Part shown: positions 36,951 through 45,976 of the stretch, in pieces
Position numbering within the stretch: position 1 is the stretch's first letter
How the letters are laid out: each line of letters opens with the position of its first letter
Source of the DNA: Deltaproteobacteria bacterium
GTDB taxonomy: Bacteria; Myxococcota_A; Polyangia; Fen-1088
DNA length: 64,000 bases
Assembly: GCA_033763315.1 (NCBI GenBank)
Contig: JANRKS010000024.1
Location: forward strand, 64,001 to 128,000
Reading direction: 5' to 3'
Program-made: the position numbers and the translations under genes
Notes under the pieces: generated by a model
The model's input: only the letters and a program-made list of their open reading frames with translations
Told to the model about the DNA's origin: nothing
Database searches by the model: none

Positions 36951-39181
36951 GCTTCGCGCGGCTGGTCGTTCGCTTGCCGCAAACGTTCGGCCAAGCGCGT
37001 GTTCCGCACAGCCGCGCGATCATTTCGCACAGCCATGGACAAAGCTTTGCGCATCCCCACCAACACCACCAGCTTCTTGCCGCGCGTGACCGCTGTGTAA
37101 AGCAGGTTCCGCTGCAGCATCACGAAGTGTTGCGTGTGCACAGGAACCACCACGGCAGGGTATTCAGATCCTTGTGATTTATGAACCGTGGCGGCGTAGG
37201 CCAACGTCAGTTCATCCAAGTCGTCCGTTTCGTAGGGCACCTGACGCCCTTCGAATGACACCATCATCTCATCCTCAACGATGCCCACCACATGGCCGAT
37301 GTCGCCATTGAATACGTCTTTGTCGTAATCGTTGCGGATCTGCATCACCCGATCGCCCACGCGGAACACGCGCTCGCCCTTGCTCATCTGCGCAGCGCCT
37401 GTGGTCAACGCCTCTTGCAACAAATGGTTGATGTGCGCGGCGCCGAGATCGCCTCGATGCATCGGCACCAACACTTGGATCTGCGCTGGCGAAAACCCAT
37501 ATTTTTTAGGCAACCGCGCCACCACCAAATCCCGCACGATTTGGGCCGCGCGAGCCGCGTCGTTCTCTTCAAGGAAGAAGAAATCGCGTTCGTCCGTGGC
37601 ACCCGCCGCGCCAAACTCCGGCATCTCACCGGCATTGATGCGGTGGGCGTTCGTCACAATCAAGCTGCGTGCGGCTTGGCGGAAGATTTCCGTTAACCGC
37701 ACCGTCGGCACCACACCTGACTTGATGATGTCGCCCAACACCGATCCAGGGCCCACGCTAGGCAATTGATCCACATCGCCCACCAGAACCAAACGCGTGC
37801 CCTTCGCCACCGCAGCCAAAAGATCGGCCGCCAAACGCACGTCCAACATCGACGCCTCATCAACCACCAGCAGATCGGCTTGCACGGGGTTATCACCATT
37901 GCGTGCGAAGGCGCCCTCCACAGGCCGCCACTCAAGCAAGCGATGCAACGTTAACGCAGGTAAACCGGTGGCTTCCGACAACCGCTTGGCCGCGCGACCC
38001 GTGGGCGCCGCCAGCGCCACTTCCAAACCGGCGGCGCGGCTCAGTTGAACAACGCCTTTGACGATGGTGGTTTTGCCCACGCCGGGGCCGCCCGTGATCA
38101 CCACAACCTTATCGGTGATGGAACGCATGATGCCGTTCTTTTGGGCCGCCGCCAGCACCAAGCCCGCGACGCTTTCGTACCGAGCCACGGCAGCCGCGGC
38201 GTCACCTTTGATGCGCACGCGAGGCGGCGCGTCCTGCAACGCCACCAACGCATCCGCCACCGCACGTTCAGCCCGATAAAGCCCCGTGTCGTAGACGATC
38301 TCACCAAGTTCGGCGACTTCCTCCACGGCCACCGCCCCTTGCTGACCCAGACGATCCACGGCGGGCCTCACCAGCACCTCATCCACTTGCAGGCGCTGCG
38401 CCGCCAGCCGCTCTAGATCAATGCGCGGCAAAAACACGTGCCCGCCTGAGCCGCCTTCGTCCAACACGTGTCGCAGACCGGCTTCGATGCGCACCTGCGA
38501 ATCGCGTGCAATTCCCAAGCTGACAGCCAATCGATCGGCCGACAGAAAGCCGATGCCCCACACATCGAAGGCCAACCTGTAGGGGTTCTCACGCACGCGT
38601 GCCACGGCCGCCGCGCCATAACGTTTGAAGATGCGCGCCGCGAACGCGGGAGACACGCCATGGCCTTGCAAGAACACCATCACGTCGCGCACGCCCTTTT
38701 GCTCAAGCCACGCCTTGCGGAAGGCTTCGGCGCGGCTTTTCCCAATGCCTTGCACTTCACCGATGCGGTAGGGCTCTCGGTCCAAGATCTCCAACGTTTG
38801 CATGCCGAATTTATCGACAATGCGCGACGCCATCTCTTTGCCGATGCCTTTGACCAAACCCGAACCTAAATAGCGGCGGATGCCTTCTAGGGTTTCGGGC
38901 GCAAGCTCGGTGAACCCTGCCACCTTGAGCTGTTTGCCAAAGCGGGCGTTTTCTTCATAGTGCCCGCGCACCCGCAAACGCGTGCCTTCAGGCAAGCCGG
39001 GCAACGCACCCACAATTGTGCAAAGTTCGGTGGCGCCCTCTATACGCAGACGTGCCACCGAAAAGGTGCCGTCTTTACCGGCATAGACCACGCGTTCAAG
39101 CGTGCCTTCGAGAACCGTTTCGGGCGTTGCCTCGGCCCCGGCAGAACGAGGCTTTCCAGCCGCGCGGTCAAACAGATCCAT
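36947..39181 (-). CDS. recD2: ATP-dependent RecD2-like DNA helicase
   Basis: HhH ([11 protein letters not shown]), [50 protein letters not shown]. Confidence 0.95.
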   Translation of the reverse strand: MDLFDRAAGKPRSAGAEATPETVLEGTLERVVYAGKDGTFSVARLRIEGATELCTIVGALPGLPEGTRLRVRGHYEENARFGKQLKVAGFTELAPETLEGIRRYLGSGLVKGIGKEMASRIVDKFGMQTLEILDREPYRIGEVQGIGKSRAEAFRKAWLEQKGVRDVMVFLQGHGVSPAFAARIFKRYGAAAVARVRENPYRLAFDVWGIGFLSADRLAVSLGIARDSQVRIEAGLRHVLDEGGSGGHVFLPRIDLERLAAQRLQVDEVLVRPAVDRLGQQGAVAVEEVAELGEIVYDTGLYRAERAVADALVALQDAPPRVRIKGDAAAAVARYESVAGLVLAAAQKNGIMRSITDKVVVITGGPGVGKTTIVKGVVQLSRAAGLEVALAAPTGRAAKRLSEATGLPALTLHRLLEWRPVEGAFARNGDNPVQADLLVVDEASMLDVRLAADLLAAVAKGTRLVLVGDVDQLPSVGPGSVLGDIIKSGVVPTVRLTEIFRQAARSLIVTNAHRINAGEMPEFGAAGATDERDFFFLEENDAARAAQIVRDLVVARLPKKYGFSPAQIQVLVPMHRGDLGAAHINHLLQEALTTGAAQMSKGERVFRVGDRVMQIRNDYDKDVFNGDIGHVVGIVEDEMMVSFEGRQVPYETDDLDELTLAYAATVHKSQGSEYPAVVVPVHTQHFVMLQRNLLYTAVTRGKKLVVLVGMRKALSMAVRNDRAAVRNTRLAERLRQANDQPREA

Positions 39182-39199
39182 GACAACGGCTAGCGTTGG

Positions 39200-39544
39200 T
39201 CACGCCTGTTGTGGAGGCGCTTCGTCGTCATCATCGTCATCGTCGTCATCAGGTGACAGTTCGCCGCGGCCTTCGTTCACGCGCTCGCGGAGCTCCTTGC
39301 CCACCCTGAAAAACGCCATGCGTTTCGGCTTCACGTGAACCGTCTCGCCCGTACGTGGGTTGCGCCCCTCGTAGGCCTTGTATTCACGAATCGTGAAACT
39401 GCCGAAGCCGCGGATCTCAATTCCATCACCGCGCTTGAGCGCGTTCACCATGCCATCGAAGATTTGATCGACGATGAGCTCGGCACGGCCCGCGGGCAGT
39501 TTCAGCTGATCGGCGATCGCCACGATGAGGTCAGCTTTGGTCAT
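39200..39544 (-). CDS. IHF/HU family DNA-binding protein (IHF-beta-like) with poly-Asp tail
   Basis: MTKADL, IEIRGFGSF, GRNPRTGE, FRVGKELRERVN, followed by D9E. Confidence 0.92.
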   Translation of the reverse strand: MTKADLIVAIADQLKLPAGRAELIVDQIFDGMVNALKRGDGIEIRGFGSFTIREYKAYEGRNPRTGETVHVKPKRMAFFRVGKELRERVNEGRGELSPDDDDDDDDDEAPPQQA

Positions 39545-39559
39545 GACGAAGATGACAAG

Positions 39560-39588
39560 ACTCTAACCAAATCTGCGACGAAGCGCAA
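39560..39588 (-). promoter_or_regulatory. sigma70-type promoter of the IHF/HU gene
   Basis: TTGCGC-N17-TAGAGT ending 15 nt before the ATG. Confidence 0.55.
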
Positions 39589-39620
39589 AGTGGCAAAAAT
39601 TAACAGGAAATTGCCACCCA

Positions 39621-39675
39621 TGGCGCCGGACGTTAACCAGGCGCCAGCAGACCTGGGCTAACCATTGGCCCAGGT
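39621..39675 (-). terminator. Tandem hairpins after the 39679 gene
   Basis: ACCTGGGC...GCCCAGGT (39651-39675) and TGGCGCC...GGCGCCA (39621-39646); no adjacent U-tract. Confidence 0.35.
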
Positions 39676-39678
39676 GGC

Positions 39679-40566
39679 CTAAGACGCTGGCCGGGCGGGC
39701 AGTGGCGCAGTGGCGTCCGTGCGGTAGCGATAGCTGCGGAAGAACGCGTACTCATCGCAGTTGTGGCGGGCGTAAAAGTCCATCACATCCTTCCAATCGA
39801 ACTCGTTGCGCTCAACGCCGTCGCGGATTTCGCGCCACGAGAACGTTTGGGGACACAGCTCGCCCGCGATGGGCACATGCCCCTTGGCTGTCCGGATATC
39901 GTAAAGCACCAAAGTTGGCGGCAACCGCGAAACGTAAGTGGCCGAAAGCGGGCCGAGCTCCATGACTTCAACGCTCAACAGGTCCACACTGTTGGCGTCG
40001 CGGAATAGGCATTCGGTACGTGCCAGCGTTTGTTTCGGGCCGATCACGATCGCGTTGTGAGGGATGTCGCCTTTGTTCTGGCACTTCTGGTTCTTCGGAA
40101 CCTGGGTCACCACGCGGTAGGCAAGAAATGAGTCTGAGCGGTTTTCGATCGTCAGCACCAAATGATCGGCGCGAAACGTCTGCCCATCGATCAGCGCTTG
40201 GCGTTTCTCGACCGCCAGCTGAATCTTAAGGTGGCGCGTGTCCACTGGTTTGCCCACCTTCAAGGGGCGGCGGCCGCGGATCTCATCGTAGTAGGGAATG
40301 GGTGCCTGAAGTTCTGCGATCGATGGCGCCCCAACCTCGAATTTCTTGGCGTCTTGTTCGATCAGCGCCTGGTAAATCGGCTGCGAAAATTTGAGCTCCG
40401 GCATCATTTGGTGCACGGGCGGCGGCGGCTGGGGCAAGGGCGGGGCCGGCGGAGGCGAGACATCGTAAAGGGCGATCACGCCGCCAAAGATCACGACGGC
40501 GGACACGCCCACGCAGGCAAGCAGCAAAGGCTTACCTTCCACTGAGGCCTCCGGCCAAGGCAGCAC
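39679..40566 (-). CDS. Hypothetical membrane-anchored protein
   Basis: N-terminal TM, Pro-rich linker, globular domain with four Cys; directly follows serS. Confidence 0.75.
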   Translation of the reverse strand: MLPWPEASVEGKPLLLACVGVSAVVIFGGVIALYDVSPPPAPPLPQPPPPVHQMMPELKFSQPIYQALIEQDAKKFEVGAPSIAELQAPIPYYDEIRGRRPLKVGKPVDTRHLKIQLAVEKRQALIDGQTFRADHLVLTIENRSDSFLAYRVVTQVPKNQKCQNKGDIPHNAIVIGPKQTLARTECLFRDANSVDLLSVEVMELGPLSATYVSRLPPTLVLYDIRTAKGHVPIAGELCPQTFSWREIRDGVERNEFDWKDVMDFYARHNCDEYAFFRSYRYRTDATAPLPARPAS

Positions 40567-40569
40567 CCG

Positions 40570-41835
40570 TCATCCAATCACCTCAGCGCCGCCCATGTAA
40601 GGCCGCAGCGCCTTGGGAACGTCGATCTTCCCGTCGGCACGTTGATAGGTTTCGAGCACGGCGATCAGCACCCGCGGCAGGGCCAAACCTGAGCCATTGA
40701 GTGTGTGAACGAACTGTGGCTTGTCTTTGCCGTCACGAAAGCGAATGCGCGCACGGCGAGCCTGGAACTCGCCGAAGTTTGAGCAGGAGCTCACTTCAAG
40801 CCATTCCTCGCACCCGGGCGCCCACACTTCGAGGTCAAACTTCACCATGGCCGAAAAAGAAAGATCGCCAGCGCACATTTCAATCACCCTGTAGGGCAAT
40901 TCAAGCGCGCTTAGAACGTCCTCGGCGTCTGCGAGCAAAGCCTTGAGCTCGTCCATCGACGTCTCTGGGCGCACAAACTTTACCAATTCAACTTTATCGA
41001 ACTGGTGGCCGCGCTTGATGCCGCGCGTGTCGCGGCCTGCGGCCATTTGCTCGCGCCGAAAGCACGGCGAATAGGCCACGTGCTTGATGGGCAACGTGGC
41101 GCCATCCAAGATCTCGTCGCGGTAAAGGTTGGTGACGGGCACTTCGGCTGTGGGCACCCACCAAAAGTCTTCGCTGATGTCGCGGTAAAGGTTATCGCCA
41201 AACTTCGGCAAATTGCCCGTGCCAACCAGGCACTCGCGCCGAACCATCGCGGGCGGCAAGATCTCGGTGTAGCCGTGCTTCTCTGTATGCAGATCCAGCA
41301 TGAACGCGATGAGCGCTCGTTGCAGGCGTGCCCCTTGACCTTTGAGAATATAAAAGCGCGAGCCTGAGATCTTCACGCCCCGATCAAAGTCCAAGATGTT
41401 GAGCCTGGGACCCAGATCCCAGTGCACTTGCGGCTTGAACTCGAAGCTGCGTTTGCTGCCTGTTTCACGCAACACGCGGTTCTCAGAATCGTCTTTGCCA
41501 TCGGGCACAGACGGATGCGGCAGGTTCGGCACCTCCAGCAATTTCGCGTCGAGCGCCGCCTCGGCTTGCGCGAGCTCGTCCGATAGGGCCTCAAAGCGGG
41601 CTTTGAGCGCGGCGCCTTTGTCCAGGGCCACTTGCCGCGCTTCGGGGTTCGGTGCTTTGCCGATCTCTTTGGACAGGCGGTTTTGTTCGGCCTTGATGTT
41701 TTCAGACTCGGTCTTTAACCGCCGCACGTTCTCGTCGGACGCCAAGAGCCCATCAAGGTCAATGTCTGCACCCACGCGGCGCAGGCCGGCCCGCACTTCG
41801 TCGGGCTGTTCACGCATAAGCCGGATATCAATCAT
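40570..41835 (-). CDS. serS: Serine--tRNA ligase
   Basis: PTAEVP, CFRRE, HQFDKVE, EVSSCSN, HTLNGSGLA. Confidence 0.97.
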   Translation of the reverse strand: MIDIRLMREQPDEVRAGLRRVGADIDLDGLLASDENVRRLKTESENIKAEQNRLSKEIGKAPNPEARQVALDKGAALKARFEALSDELAQAEAALDAKLLEVPNLPHPSVPDGKDDSENRVLRETGSKRSFEFKPQVHWDLGPRLNILDFDRGVKISGSRFYILKGQGARLQRALIAFMLDLHTEKHGYTEILPPAMVRRECLVGTGNLPKFGDNLYRDISEDFWWVPTAEVPVTNLYRDEILDGATLPIKHVAYSPCFRREQMAAGRDTRGIKRGHQFDKVELVKFVRPETSMDELKALLADAEDVLSALELPYRVIEMCAGDLSFSAMVKFDLEVWAPGCEEWLEVSSCSNFGEFQARRARIRFRDGKDKPQFVHTLNGSGLALPRVLIAVLETYQRADGKIDVPKALRPYMGGAEVIG

Positions 41836-41907
41836 GTTTGCCCGCAGTGTACGACACCCGCCGGGGCGAGGAAAAACATTGCATCCGCAAGCCCGCGATT
41901 GCGGCCC

Positions 41908-43701
41908 TCACTTCGGCGCCGCCGGCTTGGCCACCTTGGGCTTGGGCAAGGGATCCAGCTGGGCGTTGAAGCTTTCGGACAACGCCTTTAAGTAGACCTC
42001 CGTGTGCCACGAGCGGTGCCCCTCAAGCCGCAGATCCACCTTCACGGTTTCATAACGCCGTAGCGGCACCTTGCGAGGTGTCTTTCCGGCGGCGATGCCA
42101 TTGATCTCAATGTTCGCACCCGCGGGGGTGGTGGTCACCGTCAAATACGAAGGCGGCCGGTTCATCTTCACCAGGAGGTCTACCGGCACCCCAGGCTTGG
42201 CATCCACTTGCCGCGTCACTGTCTCCCAACGTTCCCGCTCGAAAACCACCCGGGCCGGGCCGCAAGGAACAGCGGCCGATGCCAGGGGAGCGATGCCCAG
42301 ATCGCGGGCGGCCCACTTAACGGCCACACCGGCCGGGCGCACATCGATCTTGGCCACGCAATCTGCCCCCGACGCCACGGGCTCAATGTGAGGTCGATCG
42401 TTGGCCGGAACAGCGACGGGCGGCGCAGGCGGACCTTTGACTCGTTCGGCGGCCGGAGCCTCGGTCACGCCGGCAGGCGGAGGGGCCACTGACGGAGGGG
42501 CCACAGGGGTTGGGTGGGGGGCGACCTTGTTTGCCGCTTCCGTTGACACAACGGCGACCGCCGGCGGCGTCTCCGCCACGGGGGACACCGGCGACAGCCG
42601 CCCTGGGGCCGGAAGCCCCGCCATATTGAACCCTACGCACCAACCCAGGAGGGTGCAGAAGGCAAACGGAATCGCTTGCACCAGCGTCCGTCGCAGGGGG
42701 GCGGGAAGCTTTTCGATCAAACGCTGCAAGTCCGCCCAACGCCGGCGCCAGCCGGAAGGCGGCGAGGGGATGTCGGTGAGCTCATCGCGCGCCCCCAACG
42801 CCGAGGCCCTCAACAGCTCGAGGTTTTCGTCGTCCACCTCTTCTGTGTTGGTGATGCCCGCAGGCGCTTCGGCGCGGCGGGTGACTTCGTCCGGCGGCGG
42901 CACAAATCCATCGGACTCGTAAAGGTTGCAATCGACGAACGATTTGACGGCGTCGATGTTCAGCTCAGCCAGCGGGTTGGCTGGAAGTTTGTATTCGGAC
43001 CCCGCGGTTCGGGTTGGCTCCGGCGCGGGGGCGGCCACCTGAGCCCTGGGCGCCCAGGCGGGCGCTGAGGGTTGGGCGGTGGGCACCGACGAGCGCGAGC
43101 GTTCGGGTGGCGGCGTGGGCGGGCGTCGGGTGGGCACCTCACGGCGAGGGGGGGGCACCGGCAGGGTGCCTTTGGCAACGAAGCTTTTCGGCTGGCCGAA
43201 CACCGGCTTGGAGCCGGTAGGCCGCGTGAACGACGGCACCGCGGGCTGGTTTTGCTCCGTGTCCTCAACGCCGGTGGGCACAACTGTGCGTTCGTCGTTG
43301 AACACGGGGGCGGCGTTGGCCCCGGCCTTTCTCGACAGCGACAGAAAGAGCGCCTGGCTGTCCTCGTCCATCTCCAGAAGGCGAACGCGGACCACGGGGC
43401 GCCGATCCGCCGCGCTTTGGCTCGCCGGCTTGAGTTCCACCACCTCCCCGCGGGCGCTGAACACCTCTTTGCTGTCGGCGAGCGTCACTCGCATCATCAG
43501 CCGTTCGCCAACGGCGATGCCCTCGCGGGCAGGAACAGTCAGGCTGTCGGCCGTCGCGAAGGGTGCGAATCGCGACAGCAGTTCGTCAACTGACCGGCAC
43601 TTGGTCGACACGTGGAGCACGCGTTCGCCCGCCCCAGCCTTCGCCGAGCGACGCACCATGTCCCAAGAGACCTTCCTGGTCTGTTCGTCGGGCCGCGACA
43701 C
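41908..43701 (-). CDS. Bitopic protein: PilZ-like N-terminal domain, Pro-rich linkers, TM helix, C-terminal PEGA domain(s)
   Basis: N-terminal VTLADSKEVFSARGEVV...VRLLEMDEDS; TM at AIPFAFCTLLGWCVGF; PEGA VTTTPAGANIEING...GKTP. Confidence 0.72.
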   Translation of the reverse strand: MSRPDEQTRKVSWDMVRRSAKAGAGERVLHVSTKCRSVDELLSRFAPFATADSLTVPAREGIAVGERLMMRVTLADSKEVFSARGEVVELKPASQSAADRRPVVRVRLLEMDEDSQALFLSLSRKAGANAAPVFNDERTVVPTGVEDTEQNQPAVPSFTRPTGSKPVFGQPKSFVAKGTLPVPPPRREVPTRRPPTPPPERSRSSVPTAQPSAPAWAPRAQVAAPAPEPTRTAGSEYKLPANPLAELNIDAVKSFVDCNLYESDGFVPPPDEVTRRAEAPAGITNTEEVDDENLELLRASALGARDELTDIPSPPSGWRRRWADLQRLIEKLPAPLRRTLVQAIPFAFCTLLGWCVGFNMAGLPAPGRLSPVSPVAETPPAVAVVSTEAANKVAPHPTPVAPPSVAPPPAGVTEAPAAERVKGPPAPPVAVPANDRPHIEPVASGADCVAKIDVRPAGVAVKWAARDLGIAPLASAAVPCGPARVVFERERWETVTRQVDAKPGVPVDLLVKMNRPPSYLTVTTTPAGANIEINGIAAGKTPRKVPLRRYETVKVDLRLEGHRSWHTEVYLKALSESFNAQLDPLPKPKVAKPAAPK

Positions 43702-43865
43702 CCAGCTGTCATCGGCACCCGGGGGTGCATGCTTTATCGCGATGAGCCGGAAACTCGGGTTGCGTCCGGCAAAAAAGCTGCCTTAAGTATCGGGTCCGCC
43801 AGCGGTGGCGCGCGATGCGTCACGCCACCCTCTGCGGGCTCACTCGCACCCAAAGGACCCATTCG

Positions 43866-44447
43866 ATGCATAGAGCCATATTGCTGTTTGGCTACCCCGG
43901 CAGCGGCAAAGGAACCCAAGGCAAGATTCTCAATTCGTTGCCCGGGTTCCATCACGTGGCCATGGGTGACGTGTTTCGCGGTCTTAAAGCGGACAACCCG
44001 CTTTACCCCCAAGTGTCCACGCTGCTCAAAGCCGGCAACCTGGTGCCCGACGCGCTGGTGATGGAGCTGTTCGCGCAGAACATCGTCGCACGCAAGATCC
44101 CTGAATCAGACTTGCTGGTCATCGACGGCCTGCCCCGCAGCCGTCAGCAAGTGAACTTGCTCAACCAGCACGCGGCCGTGATCAAGATCTTCAAGCTATC
44201 GGTCTACAACGAAGATTTAGTGGTGCGCCGTATGAAGCGGCGGGCGCAGTTGGAGAACCGCCCCGACGATGCTTCGGACGAAGTGATTCAACACCGCCTT
44301 GACGTGTATCGCACCGAAACCGAATCGTGCATCAAAGCCTATCCGGGAACCATCCTCACGCGCATTCAAGCAGACCAGCCCGTGTTTGACGTTCACATGG
44401 ACATCATCAACGCGCTCGGCAAGATGCGCGACATTCGTTTTCCTTAA
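43866..44447 (+). CDS. adk: Adenylate kinase family protein (short LID)
   Basis: FGYPGSGKGTQ, MGDVFR, GNLVPD, DGLPRS, RPDD. Start ATG 43866. Confidence 0.85.
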   Translation: MHRAILLFGYPGSGKGTQGKILNSLPGFHHVAMGDVFRGLKADNPLYPQVSTLLKAGNLVPDALVMELFAQNIVARKIPESDLLVIDGLPRSRQQVNLLNQHAAVIKIFKLSVYNEDLVVRRMKRRAQLENRPDDASDEVIQHRLDVYRTETESCIKAYPGTILTRIQADQPVFDVHMDIINALGKMRDIRFP

Positions 44448-44449
44448 AC

Positions 44450-44875
44450 ATGAAGGCAGGCCTTTCTCCTTACGACGAAGTCGGTGGCGAGCCGGGCGTG
44501 CGAGCGCTGGTGCAACGCTTCTATGCCCATATGGCGGCACATGAGCGCGCGCTTACGCGCACGCATAAATGCGATGAGCAGGGCCTTGTTGCCGCCGACG
44601 TACAAGATCGGTTTGCGTTGTTCTTGATGGGGTGGCTGGGCGGCCCACAAACTTATACGGCAACGCATGGCCACCCACGGCTGCGCATGCGCCACGGGCA
44701 TGTGGCGATCGACAGCGGCCTGCGTGACGCGTGGTTGCGCTCGATGAACGCCGCCATTGATGGTGGCAACTTCAACCAAGAAGTGGTGGCGCACCTGCGA
44801 CATGCGTTTGCGCAGATGGCGGATTTTCTGCGCAACGTGCCCGATGGTGCATCACCTAAGCCTCAGGCGATGTGA
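44450..44875 (+). CDS. Group II truncated haemoglobin
   Basis: YDEVGG...LVQRFY, WLGGPQTY, GHPRLRMRH, RDAWLRSM. Confidence 0.92.
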   Translation: MKAGLSPYDEVGGEPGVRALVQRFYAHMAAHERALTRTHKCDEQGLVAADVQDRFALFLMGWLGGPQTYTATHGHPRLRMRHGHVAIDSGLRDAWLRSMNAAIDGGNFNQEVVAHLRHAFAQMADFLRNVPDGASPKPQAM

Positions 44876-45927
44876 GCGCCGCGGGTTTCGAGGTAAACCG
44901 CGTAAAGCGATTGGCTTGCAGTCATGAACAATCGGTTGCGCTTGGCGCCACCGAAGCACAAATTCGCGCAGGTTTCAGGCAAACGGATCTGACCGATGCG
45001 CTTACCGTCAGGCGCAAACACGTGCACGCCGTCATAGCCCGCGCCCACCCACCCGGTGGCCACGTAAAGATTTCCGGCCACGTCAGCGCGCATGCCATCG
45101 GCCAAGCCGGCCTTGCCGCCCATGTCCATGTTCACGAACACGCGGCCTTTGCCCAGTTTCGTTTCACCAACCACGTCCCACACTTTGATAATCTTGGGAG
45201 CCTTGGGATCGTGCGTGCACGCGGTGTCAGCCACGTACACTTTTTTGTAGTCGGGCGAGAAGCAGATGCCGTTGGGTTTGCCGATGTCGTCGGTCAGTTT
45301 CTCGATGGCAAGGGTTTTGCCGTCAACTCGGTAAACGGCTTCCTTGAGCTGCAATTCGCCCCGGTTGCCTTCGTAATCCATTAAGGCGCCATACCCAGGA
45401 TCCGTGAACCACACCGAGCCATCAGGGTGCACCACAAGATCGTTCGGCGCGTTTAATGGTTTGTTGTTAAATTTATCGGCCACCACGGTGACGCGGCCAT
45501 CATGTTCGTAACGAACCACGCGGCGGTTGCCGTGTTCACACGACAGTTGCCGGCCAACGAAATCAAAGGTGTTGCCATTGCTGTAGCCGCTCGGTCGGCG
45601 CAAAGTTGATACGTGGCCATCTTCATCGAGCCAACGCAATTGGCGTTCATTGGGAATGTCGCTCCACACGAGGTAACGGCCCACCGCGTTCCAGGCGGGC
45701 CCCTCTGCCCACAGGCTGCCTGTCCATAGACGTTGAATGGGGGTGTTGGCCAACATGATGCGATGAAAGCGCGGATCCAATTCCACGATGTCGGGATCCG
45801 GGAAACGGCTGGGCGCCGCGTTCGGTCCGAAGTCACGCGCAAGGGCCTTGGCTGGCGCCCCAGCAGCGGCCGCAAGCGAGCCCGCTTTGAGCAGCCCACG
45901 TCGAGAAAAATCTGTCCTAGATGTCAT
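44863..45927 (-). CDS. SMP-30/gluconolactonase family protein, Tat-exported
   Basis: SRRGLL Tat motif; WAEGPAW, SNGNT, LNAPND, WFTDP, PNGICFSPD, DGMRAD. Confidence 0.92.
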   Translation of the reverse strand: MTSRTDFSRRGLLKAGSLAAAAGAPAKALARDFGPNAAPSRFPDPDIVELDPRFHRIMLANTPIQRLWTGSLWAEGPAWNAVGRYLVWSDIPNERQLRWLDEDGHVSTLRRPSGYSNGNTFDFVGRQLSCEHGNRRVVRYEHDGRVTVVADKFNNKPLNAPNDLVVHPDGSVWFTDPGYGALMDYEGNRGELQLKEAVYRVDGKTLAIEKLTDDIGKPNGICFSPDYKKVYVADTACTHDPKAPKIIKVWDVVGETKLGKGRVFVNMDMGGKAGLADGMRADVAGNLYVATGWVGAGYDGVHVFAPDGKRIGQIRLPETCANLCFGGAKRNRLFMTASQSLYAVYLETRGAHIA

Positions 45928-45976
45928 GCGGCGCTCATCCTATACCAACGCGTATCGTTGGCTCACAAGCACCTTG

